The position numbers and the translations under genes are program-made. Positions 55,502 to 64,000 of a DNA stretch of 64,000 nt are shown piece after piece. The notes beneath the pieces were generated by a model, which was not told the DNA's origin, did not search any database, and saw nothing but the letters and a program-made list of their open reading frames with translations. The stretch covers positions 1 to 64,000 of IMG/VR virus record IMGVR_UViG_3300025112_000005; one strand, 5' to 3'. The stretch's first letter is position 1, and each line of letters opens with the position of its first letter. This DNA comes from a virus.

Positions 55502-56534
55502 TGACACGTTGTCCCGCGTCGTGGCGGACCTGATCCGCGAGCATCACGAGGCGTTTCTGGTGGCGCTGCTGGGGCGGGACGCAAGCACCGTCCCCCCCGA
55601 GCGCATCGAGGAGCTGCTGGCGTCCGGCGCGCTCGACCCGCACGCCATCGGCCGCGTGCACGTGGCTGTGGGGGACGAGCACTTGAACCCCTACGAGTAC
55701 ATGCGGCTGGTCTCGCGGGCGTACGCCAAGCTGGGCGACGACGACGCGGTGGCGGCGCGGACGTGGGGTTTCTCCGATTGGGAGCCACACGTGATCCGCG
55801 AGCTGGAGAGCGCGCGGGCGGAAGACGTTCGCCCCGCCGAGGCGCGCGCGCACGTGACCGCGGCGCGTCCCGAGCCCCCCGACCTGGAAGCCGGCGCGGT
55901 TGAGCCCAAGGCGCCTGGGTGGATGACGCCCCAGGAGCGCGCCAGCCACCGTGAGGCGCTGCTCCGTGCCGGGTCGTATGCGCGTGGGCTGGGCAACGTC
56001 TACGCTGCGGACTTGAGCACGAAGGCGGAGACCTGGACGGGCGAGCAGATCGAGCAGGAAGCGAACGCACCGCAGCGCGCGCAGATGCAGCAGGTGATTC
56101 GGGAGCACGTGGCCGAGGCCATCGCGACCCACCGCGACCAGGAGAAGCTGGCCCGGGATCTGGCTGAAGCGACGGGGTTCTATTCGCACAACTGGCGGCG
56201 GATCGCGTCCACTGAGCTGCAAGGCGCCCACAACCTGGGCATGGTGGAGGCGGCGATCGACGCGCACGGCGAGGCGGGCCGCGTGGCACGCATCACCGAG
56301 TCGGGCGCGTGTGAGCACTGTCTGCGGTTGTTTCGAGACGCCGAGGGCAAGCCGCGAGTGTTCGAGGTTCGCGAACTATTGGAGAACGGGACCAACGTGG
56401 GGCGCAAGGCAGCTGCGTGGCTCCCGACGGCGTGGCCGGTGCATCCAAACTGCCGCTGTGACACGCGGATTGTACCGCCTGGGCGAACAGTCACCGCTGA
56501 TGGTAGGATCCGACGCGAGGAGACCGCGGCATGA
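55494..56534 (+). CDS. Minor head protein (MuF/SPP1 gp7 family)
   Basis: WRRIASTE, ACEHC, PVHPNCRC. Confidence 0.88.
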   Translation: MADDTLSRVVADLIREHHEAFLVALLGRDASTVPPERIEELLASGALDPHAIGRVHVAVGDEHLNPYEYMRLVSRAYAKLGDDDAVAARTWGFSDWEPHVIRELESARAEDVRPAEARAHVTAARPEPPDLEAGAVEPKAPGWMTPQERASHREALLRAGSYARGLGNVYAADLSTKAETWTGEQIEQEANAPQRAQMQQVIREHVAEAIATHRDQEKLARDLAEATGFYSHNWRRIASTELQGAHNLGMVEAAIDAHGEAGRVARITESGACEHCLRLFRDAEGKPRVFEVRELLENGTNVGRKAAAWLPTAWPVHPNCRCDTRIVPPGRTVTADGRIRREETAA

Positions 56535-57214
56535 GCTACGACACCCCCGACGACCTGGGCGACTTCCGCTTCTGGTCCCCCCTGCTGGTCAAGGCCGACA
56601 ACCCCAACGGCGGGTTTGGTGAGGTGGCGCTGGGGAAGATCGGCGGCGTGATCAGCTCCGACACCGTAGACTTTCAGGGCGAGACGCTGGACCAAGACGG
56701 CGTGGATTGGTCGTACTTCGAGGCTCACGGGCTCTTGAACTACAACCACACGGCGCTGATCCTGGGCGAGCCGACCGCGGTGATTCGCAAGGGCGGCCGA
56801 ACGCTGATGGAAGGCGTGCTGTACCTGCACCAGCCCAAGGCGCGCGAGGTCTACCAGACCGCCGTTGCGATGCGCAAAAGCGGTGCCCGGCGCAGCTACG
56901 GCTTCAGCGTCGAGGGCAAGGTGTTGGAGCGCGAGCAGGGGAACCCCACGAACGTCCGCCGCGCCCGGGTGATGAACGTGAGCGTGTGCGAGCACCCCGT
57001 GAATCCCGACGCGCGTATGACCTTGCGCAAGGCGCTGAGTGTGGGCTACCAGACCGCAGCAGGCATGGACGGCGGTTTCTCCCCGCTCGTGCCTCAGAGC
57101 TTGGAGGGCAGCGTGGCGCTGTCCACGTTCAAGCGGGAGCTGTTGGGTCAGTTTCCCCGCCTGACTGATGATGAATGTGACGCTGTGGCACGGCGAGTGC
57201 TTCACTTGCCTTGA
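56531..57214 (+). CDS. Prohead protease (HK97/U9 fold)
   Basis: GVISSDTVDFQGE, NYNH, GFSVEG, VSVCEHPVNP. Confidence 0.88.
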   Translation: MSYDTPDDLGDFRFWSPLLVKADNPNGGFGEVALGKIGGVISSDTVDFQGETLDQDGVDWSYFEAHGLLNYNHTALILGEPTAVIRKGGRTLMEGVLYLHQPKAREVYQTAVAMRKSGARRSYGFSVEGKVLEREQGNPTNVRRARVMNVSVCEHPVNPDARMTLRKALSVGYQTAAGMDGGFSPLVPQSLEGSVALSTFKRELLGQFPRLTDDECDAVARRVLHLP

Positions 57215-57276
57215 CCGCGGATCGCGACCCGGTGAGAATACCGACGTGGGGTGACCCCCCCGAGGAGACGACGAAG

Positions 57277-57909
57277 ATGCAGACGCGAGACCAGATCATC
57301 GCGGCGCTCCGTACCGCGGGGGCCGACGAAGAGACAATCAGCAAGGCGCTGGCCGAGCTGGAGCCGACCACCCCCGAGAACGACGCGCTGGGCAAGAGCC
57401 TGGGCGACCTGCGTGCCGCGTTCGACCGCGAGCACGCCGGACGCGACGAGGATCTGGCCAAGAGCCTGGACGAAGCCGCCGATCTGGTGGACGCCGTTAC
57501 GAAGGGCTCCGACCTGATCCTGGCCGAATTCCGCGCGCAGAACGACGCGCTGGCCAAAGGGATGGTGGCGCTCATCAACACGTCCCGCGACGAGCGCGCC
57601 GAACTGCGTTCGCTGATCGAAGAGGTCCGCGAGCTTCGGCAGGATCGCGAGGAGCAGGACGAGCGCATCGCCAAGGCGCTCTCCGTCCCCCAGGAGCCCC
57701 GTGGGCTCTCCGGGGCCACGCCCGTCCCCACGCCGTCCGAGCGCGTCCTTGGAGGCGCCCCGGAGGCGGGCGACCTGATCAACAAGGCGCTGACCGAGCT
57801 TCAGAGCGCCGACGAGCCCCGCAAGCGGGAGCTTTCGACGGCGATTTCGCGCCTTAACTCCGGCTTCGCTGCGCACGCGGTGGCCCAGGAGTTTGGGTTG
57901 AGCGCCTGA
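57277..57909 (+). CDS. Capsid scaffolding protein
   Basis: Acidic coiled coil between protease and capsid genes; seven [LIV]xK[ASG] sites. Confidence 0.8.
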   Translation: MQTRDQIIAALRTAGADEETISKALAELEPTTPENDALGKSLGDLRAAFDREHAGRDEDLAKSLDEAADLVDAVTKGSDLILAEFRAQNDALAKGMVALINTSRDERAELRSLIEEVRELRQDREEQDERIAKALSVPQEPRGLSGATPVPTPSERVLGGAPEAGDLINKALTELQSADEPRKRELSTAISRLNSGFAAHAVAQEFGLSA

Positions 57910-57954
57910 CACGCGTCGGGTCGCCCCGCGCTGACTGAATAAGGAGATTCCAGA

Positions 57955-59397
57955 GTGCAGTTCCCGAATATGAACCAGGACATGCCCGTCGCGGATCTGG
58001 TCAAGCTCAACAACGCGCTGCGTAAGGCGGCGAGTGTGGGCTACCAAACCGCAGCGGGGACCACGGGCGCCGACGCAGGGACGTTCTCCCCGCTCGTGCC
58101 GCAGAGCATCGAATCAGTGCTGGCTTCGGCCACGTACACGATGCAACACCTTTCGCTGTGGCGTGACATCCCTAAGCGGGACGTGACGCAGACCCTCCAC
58201 GAGTACGCGGTGGTCAACGAACACGGCGCGGACTTGGATCCGTTCTTCGCGGAAGGTTCTGTCCCGGCGACGAACCGTTCTGAATACGAGCGGAAGAGCC
58301 TCAAGATCAAGTACCTTGCCGAGCGGCGCGAGATCACCGACGTGGCCAGCATGGTGGGCCTGATCGGGGTCAACAAGAACGCGCTGGCCGAGGAGACCGA
58401 GAAGGGCACCATCCGGCTGCTCCAGCGCACTGAGCGCGCGTTGTTCCACGCGGACAGCGACATCAACCCGCTGGCCTTCGACGGCATCTTCAAGCAGATC
58501 GAAGACGGCGCGTCACAGAACGTCACCGACATGGACGGCGCCGCGCCGACCCCCGACCTGCTGGGCGAGATGCTGGGCGAGCTGTACGCCGCACCCAACT
58601 ACGGGATCGCGGACTGCATCTACGTCGAGCCGCGCATCCACCAAGAGCTGATCCGGCAAGCGCAGGCGCACGGGCGTCACGACCAGCTCAGCATTCAGGA
58701 CAGCACCAAGCTGACCTGGGGCGCCAAGGAGCTGTGCATCATGTCCCCGTACGGGCCGGTGCCGATCCGCAACGCGCCGTTCCTGTACAACAAGTGGCCC
58801 GTCCCGATGAACGTGGACAAGCAGGCGATCCGTGTCGCGGGCATCGGCGACGTGATCCCCGACACCCCGCAACTGGACGCAGGTCCGGCATCCCCCCCAG
58901 ACGGCGCGTCGAAGTTCACCGCGGCCGACGCGGGCGACTACGAGTATTACATCGAGGCAGTCGGGGCGAAGGGCGTAAGTGCCGTCTTCTTCGCTGGCGC
59001 CGCCGCGGTGGCCGTGGTCGCAGGCGACAAGGTGACGTTCACCATCAAGGGCGACGGACTCACCAACGCCCCCGCCTACTACCGGATCTTTCGATCGGCC
59101 AAGGACGGGGGCTACAAGACCGCCCAGCTCCTCACCGAGCTGGCGTACACCGCGGGTATGGATACGGCGTTCGAGGACTACAACGCGGAGAAGCCCGGCA
59201 CGTCCAAGATCCTCGCGGTCAAGCACGATCCGGGGATCATCGAGTGGGTGAAGCTCCTCGACTTCCTGCGGCGCCCGCTGGCCGAGGTGGAGACCACCAA
59301 GCCCTTCCTCCTGATGCTGTTCGGTGCGCCCATCATCAAGGTTCCGACCAAGACCTGGGTGCTCAAGAACTGCGGCGTCAACACGGCGGGCCTGTAA
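57955..59397 (+). CDS. Major capsid protein (Herelleviridae-like)
   Basis: AAGGAG RBS; ALRKA-SVGY..., PQSIE, LWRDIPK, HEY, FFAEG, ERALFHADS, AFDG; Ig-like insertion. Confidence 0.92.
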   Translation: MQFPNMNQDMPVADLVKLNNALRKAASVGYQTAAGTTGADAGTFSPLVPQSIESVLASATYTMQHLSLWRDIPKRDVTQTLHEYAVVNEHGADLDPFFAEGSVPATNRSEYERKSLKIKYLAERREITDVASMVGLIGVNKNALAEETEKGTIRLLQRTERALFHADSDINPLAFDGIFKQIEDGASQNVTDMDGAAPTPDLLGEMLGELYAAPNYGIADCIYVEPRIHQELIRQAQAHGRHDQLSIQDSTKLTWGAKELCIMSPYGPVPIRNAPFLYNKWPVPMNVDKQAIRVAGIGDVIPDTPQLDAGPASPPDGASKFTAADAGDYEYYIEAVGAKGVSAVFFAGAAAVAVVAGDKVTFTIKGDGLTNAPAYYRIFRSAKDGGYKTAQLLTELAYTAGMDTAFEDYNAEKPGTSKILAVKHDPGIIEWVKLLDFLRRPLAEVETTKPFLLMLFGAPIIKVPTKTWVLKNCGVNTAGL

Positions 59398-59419
59398 GGG
59401 CTGGCAGAGGAGCTGACCG

Positions 59420-59788
59420 ATGGGACTCACCCTGAACGCGCTCGTAGAGCGCAACGAGGCGGCCAACCACAACCTAAAGGCGCTGGGCCTGGGTCGCCGG
59501 CTCCGCAACGCCGGCAAGGCCACCATCGTCGCAGCGGCGAGCGAGGTCACGGTGACCTTGCCCGTCGAAATGCTCGATGGCGACTACTACCCCCAGGCGA
59601 CCCTCGTGGACGATGCGGGCCTTGCGGCGTCGATGACCGGCAGCCCCGGTCACGTGTGCGTCGAGGTGATCGACGGCGCCAGCTTCAAGATCAAGCTGGT
59701 GAGCGTTCTAGGTGCCGCTGTGCCCGTTGCCGCCGCGCCCGCGAAGGTCGACGTGATGTGGAGCGTCTCCGGGGGCCGCGTCAAGTAA
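59420..59788 (+). CDS. Putative head decoration protein
   Basis: Small beta-rich protein directly after the major capsid gene. Confidence 0.5.
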   Translation: MGLTLNALVERNEAANHNLKALGLGRRLRNAGKATIVAAASEVTVTLPVEMLDGDYYPQATLVDDAGLAASMTGSPGHVCVEVIDGASFKIKLVSVLGAAVPVAAAPAKVDVMWSVSGGRVK

Positions 59789-59836
59789 CCCCCGGGCGCG
59801 TTCTACGCGTCCACCTACCTACCCCGGGGGGCTCCC

Positions 59837-60814
59837 GTGCCTGAGTGCAGGGTCACAGAAATTCTGACGACCCAGCGTCTCAAGGACACCACGCTACTCG
59901 GCGTGGACCTGACGCTGGACGACGGGACCGCCTACCCCGATGCTCAATTCGCCCAGGCAATCGACCACGCCATCGCGACGGTTCAAAACGAGCTGGGGCT
60001 GACCCTCGACCAGTTCACGGTCGAGGAGGAACGGCACGACATCTACGCGCCCGACCGAGCGGCGTGGTGGCCTTTTCGGATGGACGACCGCCCCGTGCGC
60101 AAGATCACGGGGATGCGGCTTCGCTACGGGTCGTTCCCGGCTGTCGAGTTTCCGCTGAGCTGGATCCAGCTCATCGCGCCCATGTACGGGCAGCTCCACA
60201 TCATGCCCAGCGAAGAGGCGCTCGGTAGTTACATCATCCGTGCCGGCATCCCGATGATCGCCGGGGACGTGCTCCAGACCAACGACTACATCCCGGGGTA
60301 CTTCGCGTTCGACTACGAATGCGGCTTCACGTGCTTCACGGGGACGTTGTCGATCCCCGACGGGGCGACGGAGGCCACGTTCACGTTTCCGGCCGACACG
60401 CCCATGACCGACCGCTACCGTGTGGATCTGGCGCTGACGGACGCGCAGGGGGCCGCGGGGCTCCGGCTCAAGAAGCGCTCGCTGAAGGCGTTCACCGTCG
60501 AGGTGTCCACGGCCCCCGCGGGGGCGGCGGCCACCGTGACGTTCACGGCGGACAGCATCCCCGACGACATCAAGCAACTGGTCTTGATCATCGCCGCGAT
60601 GATGCCGCTGGCGGTCGCGGGTGACCTGATCGTGGGCGCCGGCATCGCGTCGATCAGTACGTCGATGGACGGGCTGTCGCAGAACATCAACACCACGGCC
60701 AGCGCTACGAACAGCGGTTACGGCGCTCGGATCTTGGAGCTGCGGAAGCAAGCCGACGCGCTGCTGCCAGCGCTGCGCGCGCGGTACCGGATGCCCAGCA
60801 CTGCGATGATCTGA
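59837..60814 (+). CDS. Head-tail adaptor (neck) protein
   Basis: LLGVDL, E.HD, DYECGF, GAGIASISTSMDGLSQ...SATNSGYGARI. Confidence 0.75.
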   Translation: MPECRVTEILTTQRLKDTTLLGVDLTLDDGTAYPDAQFAQAIDHAIATVQNELGLTLDQFTVEEERHDIYAPDRAAWWPFRMDDRPVRKITGMRLRYGSFPAVEFPLSWIQLIAPMYGQLHIMPSEEALGSYIIRAGIPMIAGDVLQTNDYIPGYFAFDYECGFTCFTGTLSIPDGATEATFTFPADTPMTDRYRVDLALTDAQGAAGLRLKKRSLKAFTVEVSTAPAGAAATVTFTADSIPDDIKQLVLIIAAMMPLAVAGDLIVGAGIASISTSMDGLSQNINTTASATNSGYGARILELRKQADALLPALRARYRMPSTAMI

Positions 60815-61653
60815 TGCCGGTCCTTCCCTCATTCTTCCCCGTCAAGCTGGTGCCCCGCGCCGACATGCTGGGGAAGCACTTCCGCAAGATGATCGCGCAG
60901 AAGGGGCTGCACCTGTCGTGGGAGCACGCGACGGAGTGCCCCTGCGAGCGGCGGACGGTCGACATGGGGCTGGCGCTGGACGCCGGCATGGGCGGCAACG
61001 TGGGGAGCACCCGGCAAGCTCGCGTGGACTGCCCGACGTGCGGCGGGCGGGGGTACCGCTATCACAGCACGCAGAACATCCGAGGAGTGGTTACGAGCGC
61101 GGCGCAGAACCCCGAGCGCTTCCGCTCGTATGGGGAGATGGCCCGGGGCATGATCAGCCTCACGGTCAACGCTGAGCACCGGCTGAACCTGGGCGACCGG
61201 CTGACGCTGCGCGACGACCCCGACCTACCCGAGACCGAGGCGCCCGTGCAGCTCTACCGGGAGACGCACGTGTACGGGGGCGAGGACCCCAGCAGCACGC
61301 GCTACCCCATCCACACGCGTACGCTGAAGCTCGCAGGGGGCGACGCCACGCACAACGTCATGGACCTGTACGTGACCGACGCCGCGGGCATCGCCCAGGC
61401 GGGCGGTGAGAAGACCGTGGGGGTCGACTTCACGGTGGACAACGGGCTCGTGGACTGGATCAACCCGCCCGCGGTCGGCGCGCGCTGGTCGATCAGCTAC
61501 TACGGGCGGCCCGTTTATCTGGTGACGGACCTACCACACCCGTTTCGCGATACGCTGATCAAGACGAAGCTGCCCACGGTGACGTTCGAGTCGCTTCCGA
61601 TCAACGCCATGTGCGCGCTGGAGTTTCTGGTGCCTGGGAAGGTGACCGGATGA
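60814..61653 (+). CDS. Head closure/neck protein with Zn-binding Cys motifs
   Basis: WEHATECPC...CPTCGGRGY; position in the neck module. Confidence 0.7.
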   Translation: MPVLPSFFPVKLVPRADMLGKHFRKMIAQKGLHLSWEHATECPCERRTVDMGLALDAGMGGNVGSTRQARVDCPTCGGRGYRYHSTQNIRGVVTSAAQNPERFRSYGEMARGMISLTVNAEHRLNLGDRLTLRDDPDLPETEAPVQLYRETHVYGGEDPSSTRYPIHTRTLKLAGGDATHNVMDLYVTDAAGIAQAGGEKTVGVDFTVDNGLVDWINPPAVGARWSISYYGRPVYLVTDLPHPFRDTLIKTKLPTVTFESLPINAMCALEFLVPGKVTG

Positions 61654-62399
61654 CGTTCGAGGATCTGCTGAAGGGCGCAACGCGCGAGAAGATGCAGGCG
61701 CTTGCCCAGGTCATTGCGGCTGAGTGGGCGGCGGAGGCGCGCGGGCAGCTCCGGCGCACGGCCGGCTCCTACCTCAAGAGCATCGGCATCCGTGAGGTGA
61801 CCGCGGATCGTCTGGTGGTGGCGCTCCCCGGGCCGGGCGTGGAGGGCAAGGTGGCCACCCAGGCGCGGATCGTGGAGTTCGGCATGGGGCCGGGCGGCAT
61901 CGGTACGCAGGGATCCTACGACGTGCGGAAGTTCCTGCTGCGTGCACCAACGGACGGCAGGCGCTCCGCTCTCCGGTGGGGCAAGAACGGCCCCTATATG
62001 AACGTGCCGTTCACGCGGCGCGGCGCCACGTCAGAGACCCCGGGACCGCTCGAAATCGAGCGGCTCGGAGGGCGGCGGGCGCTGGCGGCGGCTCGGAAGC
62101 TGGGCGCACGAGTCACGGACCCCGCGACGAAGAAGCTGCTGCAAGGCGGCGGGCGGCTGGGTGCCGGCATGGCGCCGAAGATGCGCGCACACCACGTGTC
62201 CGACCCCCTGGCCGGGCTGGTGCGCGAGGCGAGTACGTACAGCGGGGGCAAGTGGCAGACGAGCGGCTACAAGGTGTGGCGCCGGGCGAGCTGGGCCAAC
62301 CGGCACCCGCTGGCGTGGCTGTCGAGCGGGGGAAAGGCCCGGCACATCGCGCGCCGCGTCCGCGGGAAGCTCCCCGACCTGATCCGCGAGGTGTTCTAG
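61650..62399 (+). CDS. Neck/tail completion protein
   Basis: A...L..T...Y..SI, RIVEFG, YDVR..LL, G.YMNVPF. Confidence 0.65.
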   Translation: MTFEDLLKGATREKMQALAQVIAAEWAAEARGQLRRTAGSYLKSIGIREVTADRLVVALPGPGVEGKVATQARIVEFGMGPGGIGTQGSYDVRKFLLRAPTDGRRSALRWGKNGPYMNVPFTRRGATSETPGPLEIERLGGRRALAAARKLGARVTDPATKKLLQGGGRLGAGMAPKMRAHHVSDPLAGLVREASTYSGGKWQTSGYKVWRRASWANRHPLAWLSSGGKARHIARRVRGKLPDLIREVF

Positions 62400-63062
62400 G
62401 TGCTGCTGGACATGCACATGGTCCACGCGGTCCTGAACGGGTGGACGGTCTACCGCGACTCGTTGGTGGCCTTCCGCGGGCTGTTCCCCACGTTGGGGGA
62501 CGCCGTGACGTTGCGCTGGCACACGCTGCTGGTCGATGAACCCCCTGCGGTTCGCTCCGCGTTCGCGCCCGGGACCCCCGAGGGGTTGCCGCTGGTGACG
62601 ATCGAGCTGACCGGGGAGAGCGTCGAGAACCGCGCGATGAGCAACCGGCTGGGGACGACCAGCACCCCCCAGCATGAGCTGGGCTTTGGCGTCCGGCAGA
62701 CGACCGAAGTCACCATCATGTCCAAGCGCGACGAGACGCTGCGCGCGCTGGCAGTGATCGTGCGCGCGGTGCTGCTCCGAGCGGTTCCTAGCTTTCAACG
62801 CTCGGACTACGAGGATCTGCGCTACGAGGGGATGGGCGAGCTGTCTCTAGACGAGATGCTGGTCGCCGAGGAACTGGGCGTGTCGGTCATTCGGCTGCGC
62901 TACTCCGCGCAGAGCAGCGTGGTTGTGCTGGATCCGCCAACCGGCGCACTCACGAGCAAGCCGTGGTTCGTCCAGCTCGATGACGTGGTAGAAGCCCCAG
63001 GAGACCCCGCACCCGCGACGGGGGCAGGCACCCCGGGCGGCGTGACCCCGGACAACGATTGA
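62400..63062 (+). CDS. Tail terminator-like protein
   Basis: LPLVTIEL..E motif; lies directly before the sheath gene. Confidence 0.55.
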   Translation: MLLDMHMVHAVLNGWTVYRDSLVAFRGLFPTLGDAVTLRWHTLLVDEPPAVRSAFAPGTPEGLPLVTIELTGESVENRAMSNRLGTTSTPQHELGFGVRQTTEVTIMSKRDETLRALAVIVRAVLLRAVPSFQRSDYEDLRYEGMGELSLDEMLVAEELGVSVIRLRYSAQSSVVVLDPPTGALTSKPWFVQLDDVVEAPGDPAPATGAGTPGGVTPDND

Positions 63063-63094
63063 GGTACTCTCACCGCGTACACGGAGTGTAGCGA

Positions 63095-64000
63095 ATGCCC
63101 AGCAGCTTCAAGCTCAACGGTCGCACCATCTACCGCCCCGGTGTCTACGGCAACGTGGACGTGTCGGCGTTGGGGGGGAAGGGCACGGCCACCGGCAACG
63201 TCGCACTGGTGGCGGATCTGCCCGGCTTCAAGAAGGCCACCCCGCTGTCGTTCAATGGACAGCGCGGGTTTACAGGCTACGACCCCGCCGACGACGAGCT
63301 GGCGCTGTTGGCGTCACTCGCGTTCAACCCCGCCGCGGACGACGCGATCCCGGGCGGCGCCAACACCCTGACCATCGTGTCCGCCAACGACCCCACCCAG
63401 GCGTTCGTCAACGTGGACGACGTGGGCGCGGCCGTGGCGATGACGATCAAGAGCAAGGTGTGGGGCAAGGCCGGTAACCGGGTCAACTACGATCTGCTCA
63501 AGGCCGCGGACGTGCACACGTTCCAGTTCGTGCGCGACGGCATCAGCGAGGAGTTCGTGATGACGATCCCCAAGATGGGGACGATCATCTACGACGGCGG
63601 CGTGTTGACCACGGCCGTGGTCGAGCGCACGCCTTCACAGCTCCGGTACGAGTGGACGCGCAACCTGGGCGCGGTGCACCCCATCGCAGAGGCGACGGAT
63701 TGGGACCACGCGCCGACCGAAGGCGTCGTGACCGTGACCATCGACCAGCTTCCCGCAATGGGGATGACCCTCACGGTCACCACCACGGGGACGGACTTGG
63801 CGGGGGCCGCTCAGAACGAAGCGCTGGCGTTCACCGACGGTGATCCGCTGACAAAGACCACGACCGCCAGCTTCGGGTCCATCACCAAGGTGGCCAGCTT
63901 GCTGGACGGGGGCGCGGCGAACCCGAACGTCACCGTGGGCTGCAACAGCGGCAAGATCATCAGCAACACCGGCCGAAAGCTGTCCGGCGTGCTGACCGAG
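63095..64000 (+). CDS. Contractile tail sheath protein (5' part, runs off the window)
   Basis: MPSSFKLNGRTIYRPGVY...SALG; KSKVWGKAGNRV; frame open to the window end. Confidence 0.85.
   Translation, partial: MPSSFKLNGRTIYRPGVYGNVDVSALGGKGTATGNVALVADLPGFKKATPLSFNGQRGFTGYDPADDELALLASLAFNPAADDAIPGGANTLTIVSANDPTQAFVNVDDVGAAVAMTIKSKVWGKAGNRVNYDLLKAADVHTFQFVRDGISEEFVMTIPKMGTIIYDGGVLTTAVVERTPSQLRYEWTRNLGAVHPIAEATDWDHAPTEGVVTVTIDQLPAMGMTLTVTTTGTDLAGAAQNEALAFTDGDPLTKTTTASFGSITKVASLLDGGAANPNVTVGCNSGKIISNTGRKLSGVLTE

Noticed and set aside
1-64000. Prophage boundaries, integrase or host genes
   Set aside because: None recognised; lifestyle and host cannot be determined from this window

Overview
The window is about 64 kb of a GC-rich (roughly 70% by eye) tailed phage genome with a contractile tail. 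No host genes, integrase, tRNA or CRISPR array were seen. The left arm (1-16.7 kb, minus strand) carries two DNA methyltransferase-like genes, a family A DNA polymerase, an SF2 helicase, a Cas4/RecB-like nuclease, a HicA-like fusion, DUF932 and many small ORFs. After a divergent control region and a Cro-like HTH gene, the plus strand encodes a primase-SF3 helicase, an iteron/palindrome-rich putative origin, a VRR-NUC nuclease, an SLT transglycosylase and the terminase. It continues with a Herelleviridae-style head/neck module (portal, MuF, protease, scaffold, major capsid, neck proteins) and ends inside the tail sheath gene. The striking feature is six giant modular proteins (about 22 kb in total) interleaved with the head genes. 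Their domains include zincin peptidases, DUF6884-like, TGT/DpdA-like, LPD5/LPD1, PAPS-reductase-like, SNF2, DdrB-ParB, ParB and His-rich repeats. They share three kinds of short signal: [LIV]xK[ASG] sites also found in the scaffold, protease, portal and capsid leader (a probable prohead-protease site); near-identical aromatic/Gly-rich peptides that often follow those sites (candidate capsid-packaging tags); and QxxL[FL] motifs resembling the beta-clamp binding motif. I infer a protease-punctuated, tag-addressed system of virion-packaged polyproteins that delivers anti-defence or DNA-modifying enzymes on injection. A recurring TTGACCAnnTA DNA motif (8 copies found by eye) suggests a phage-specific promoter or operator. 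All family assignments come from motif recognition by eye; no searches were run.
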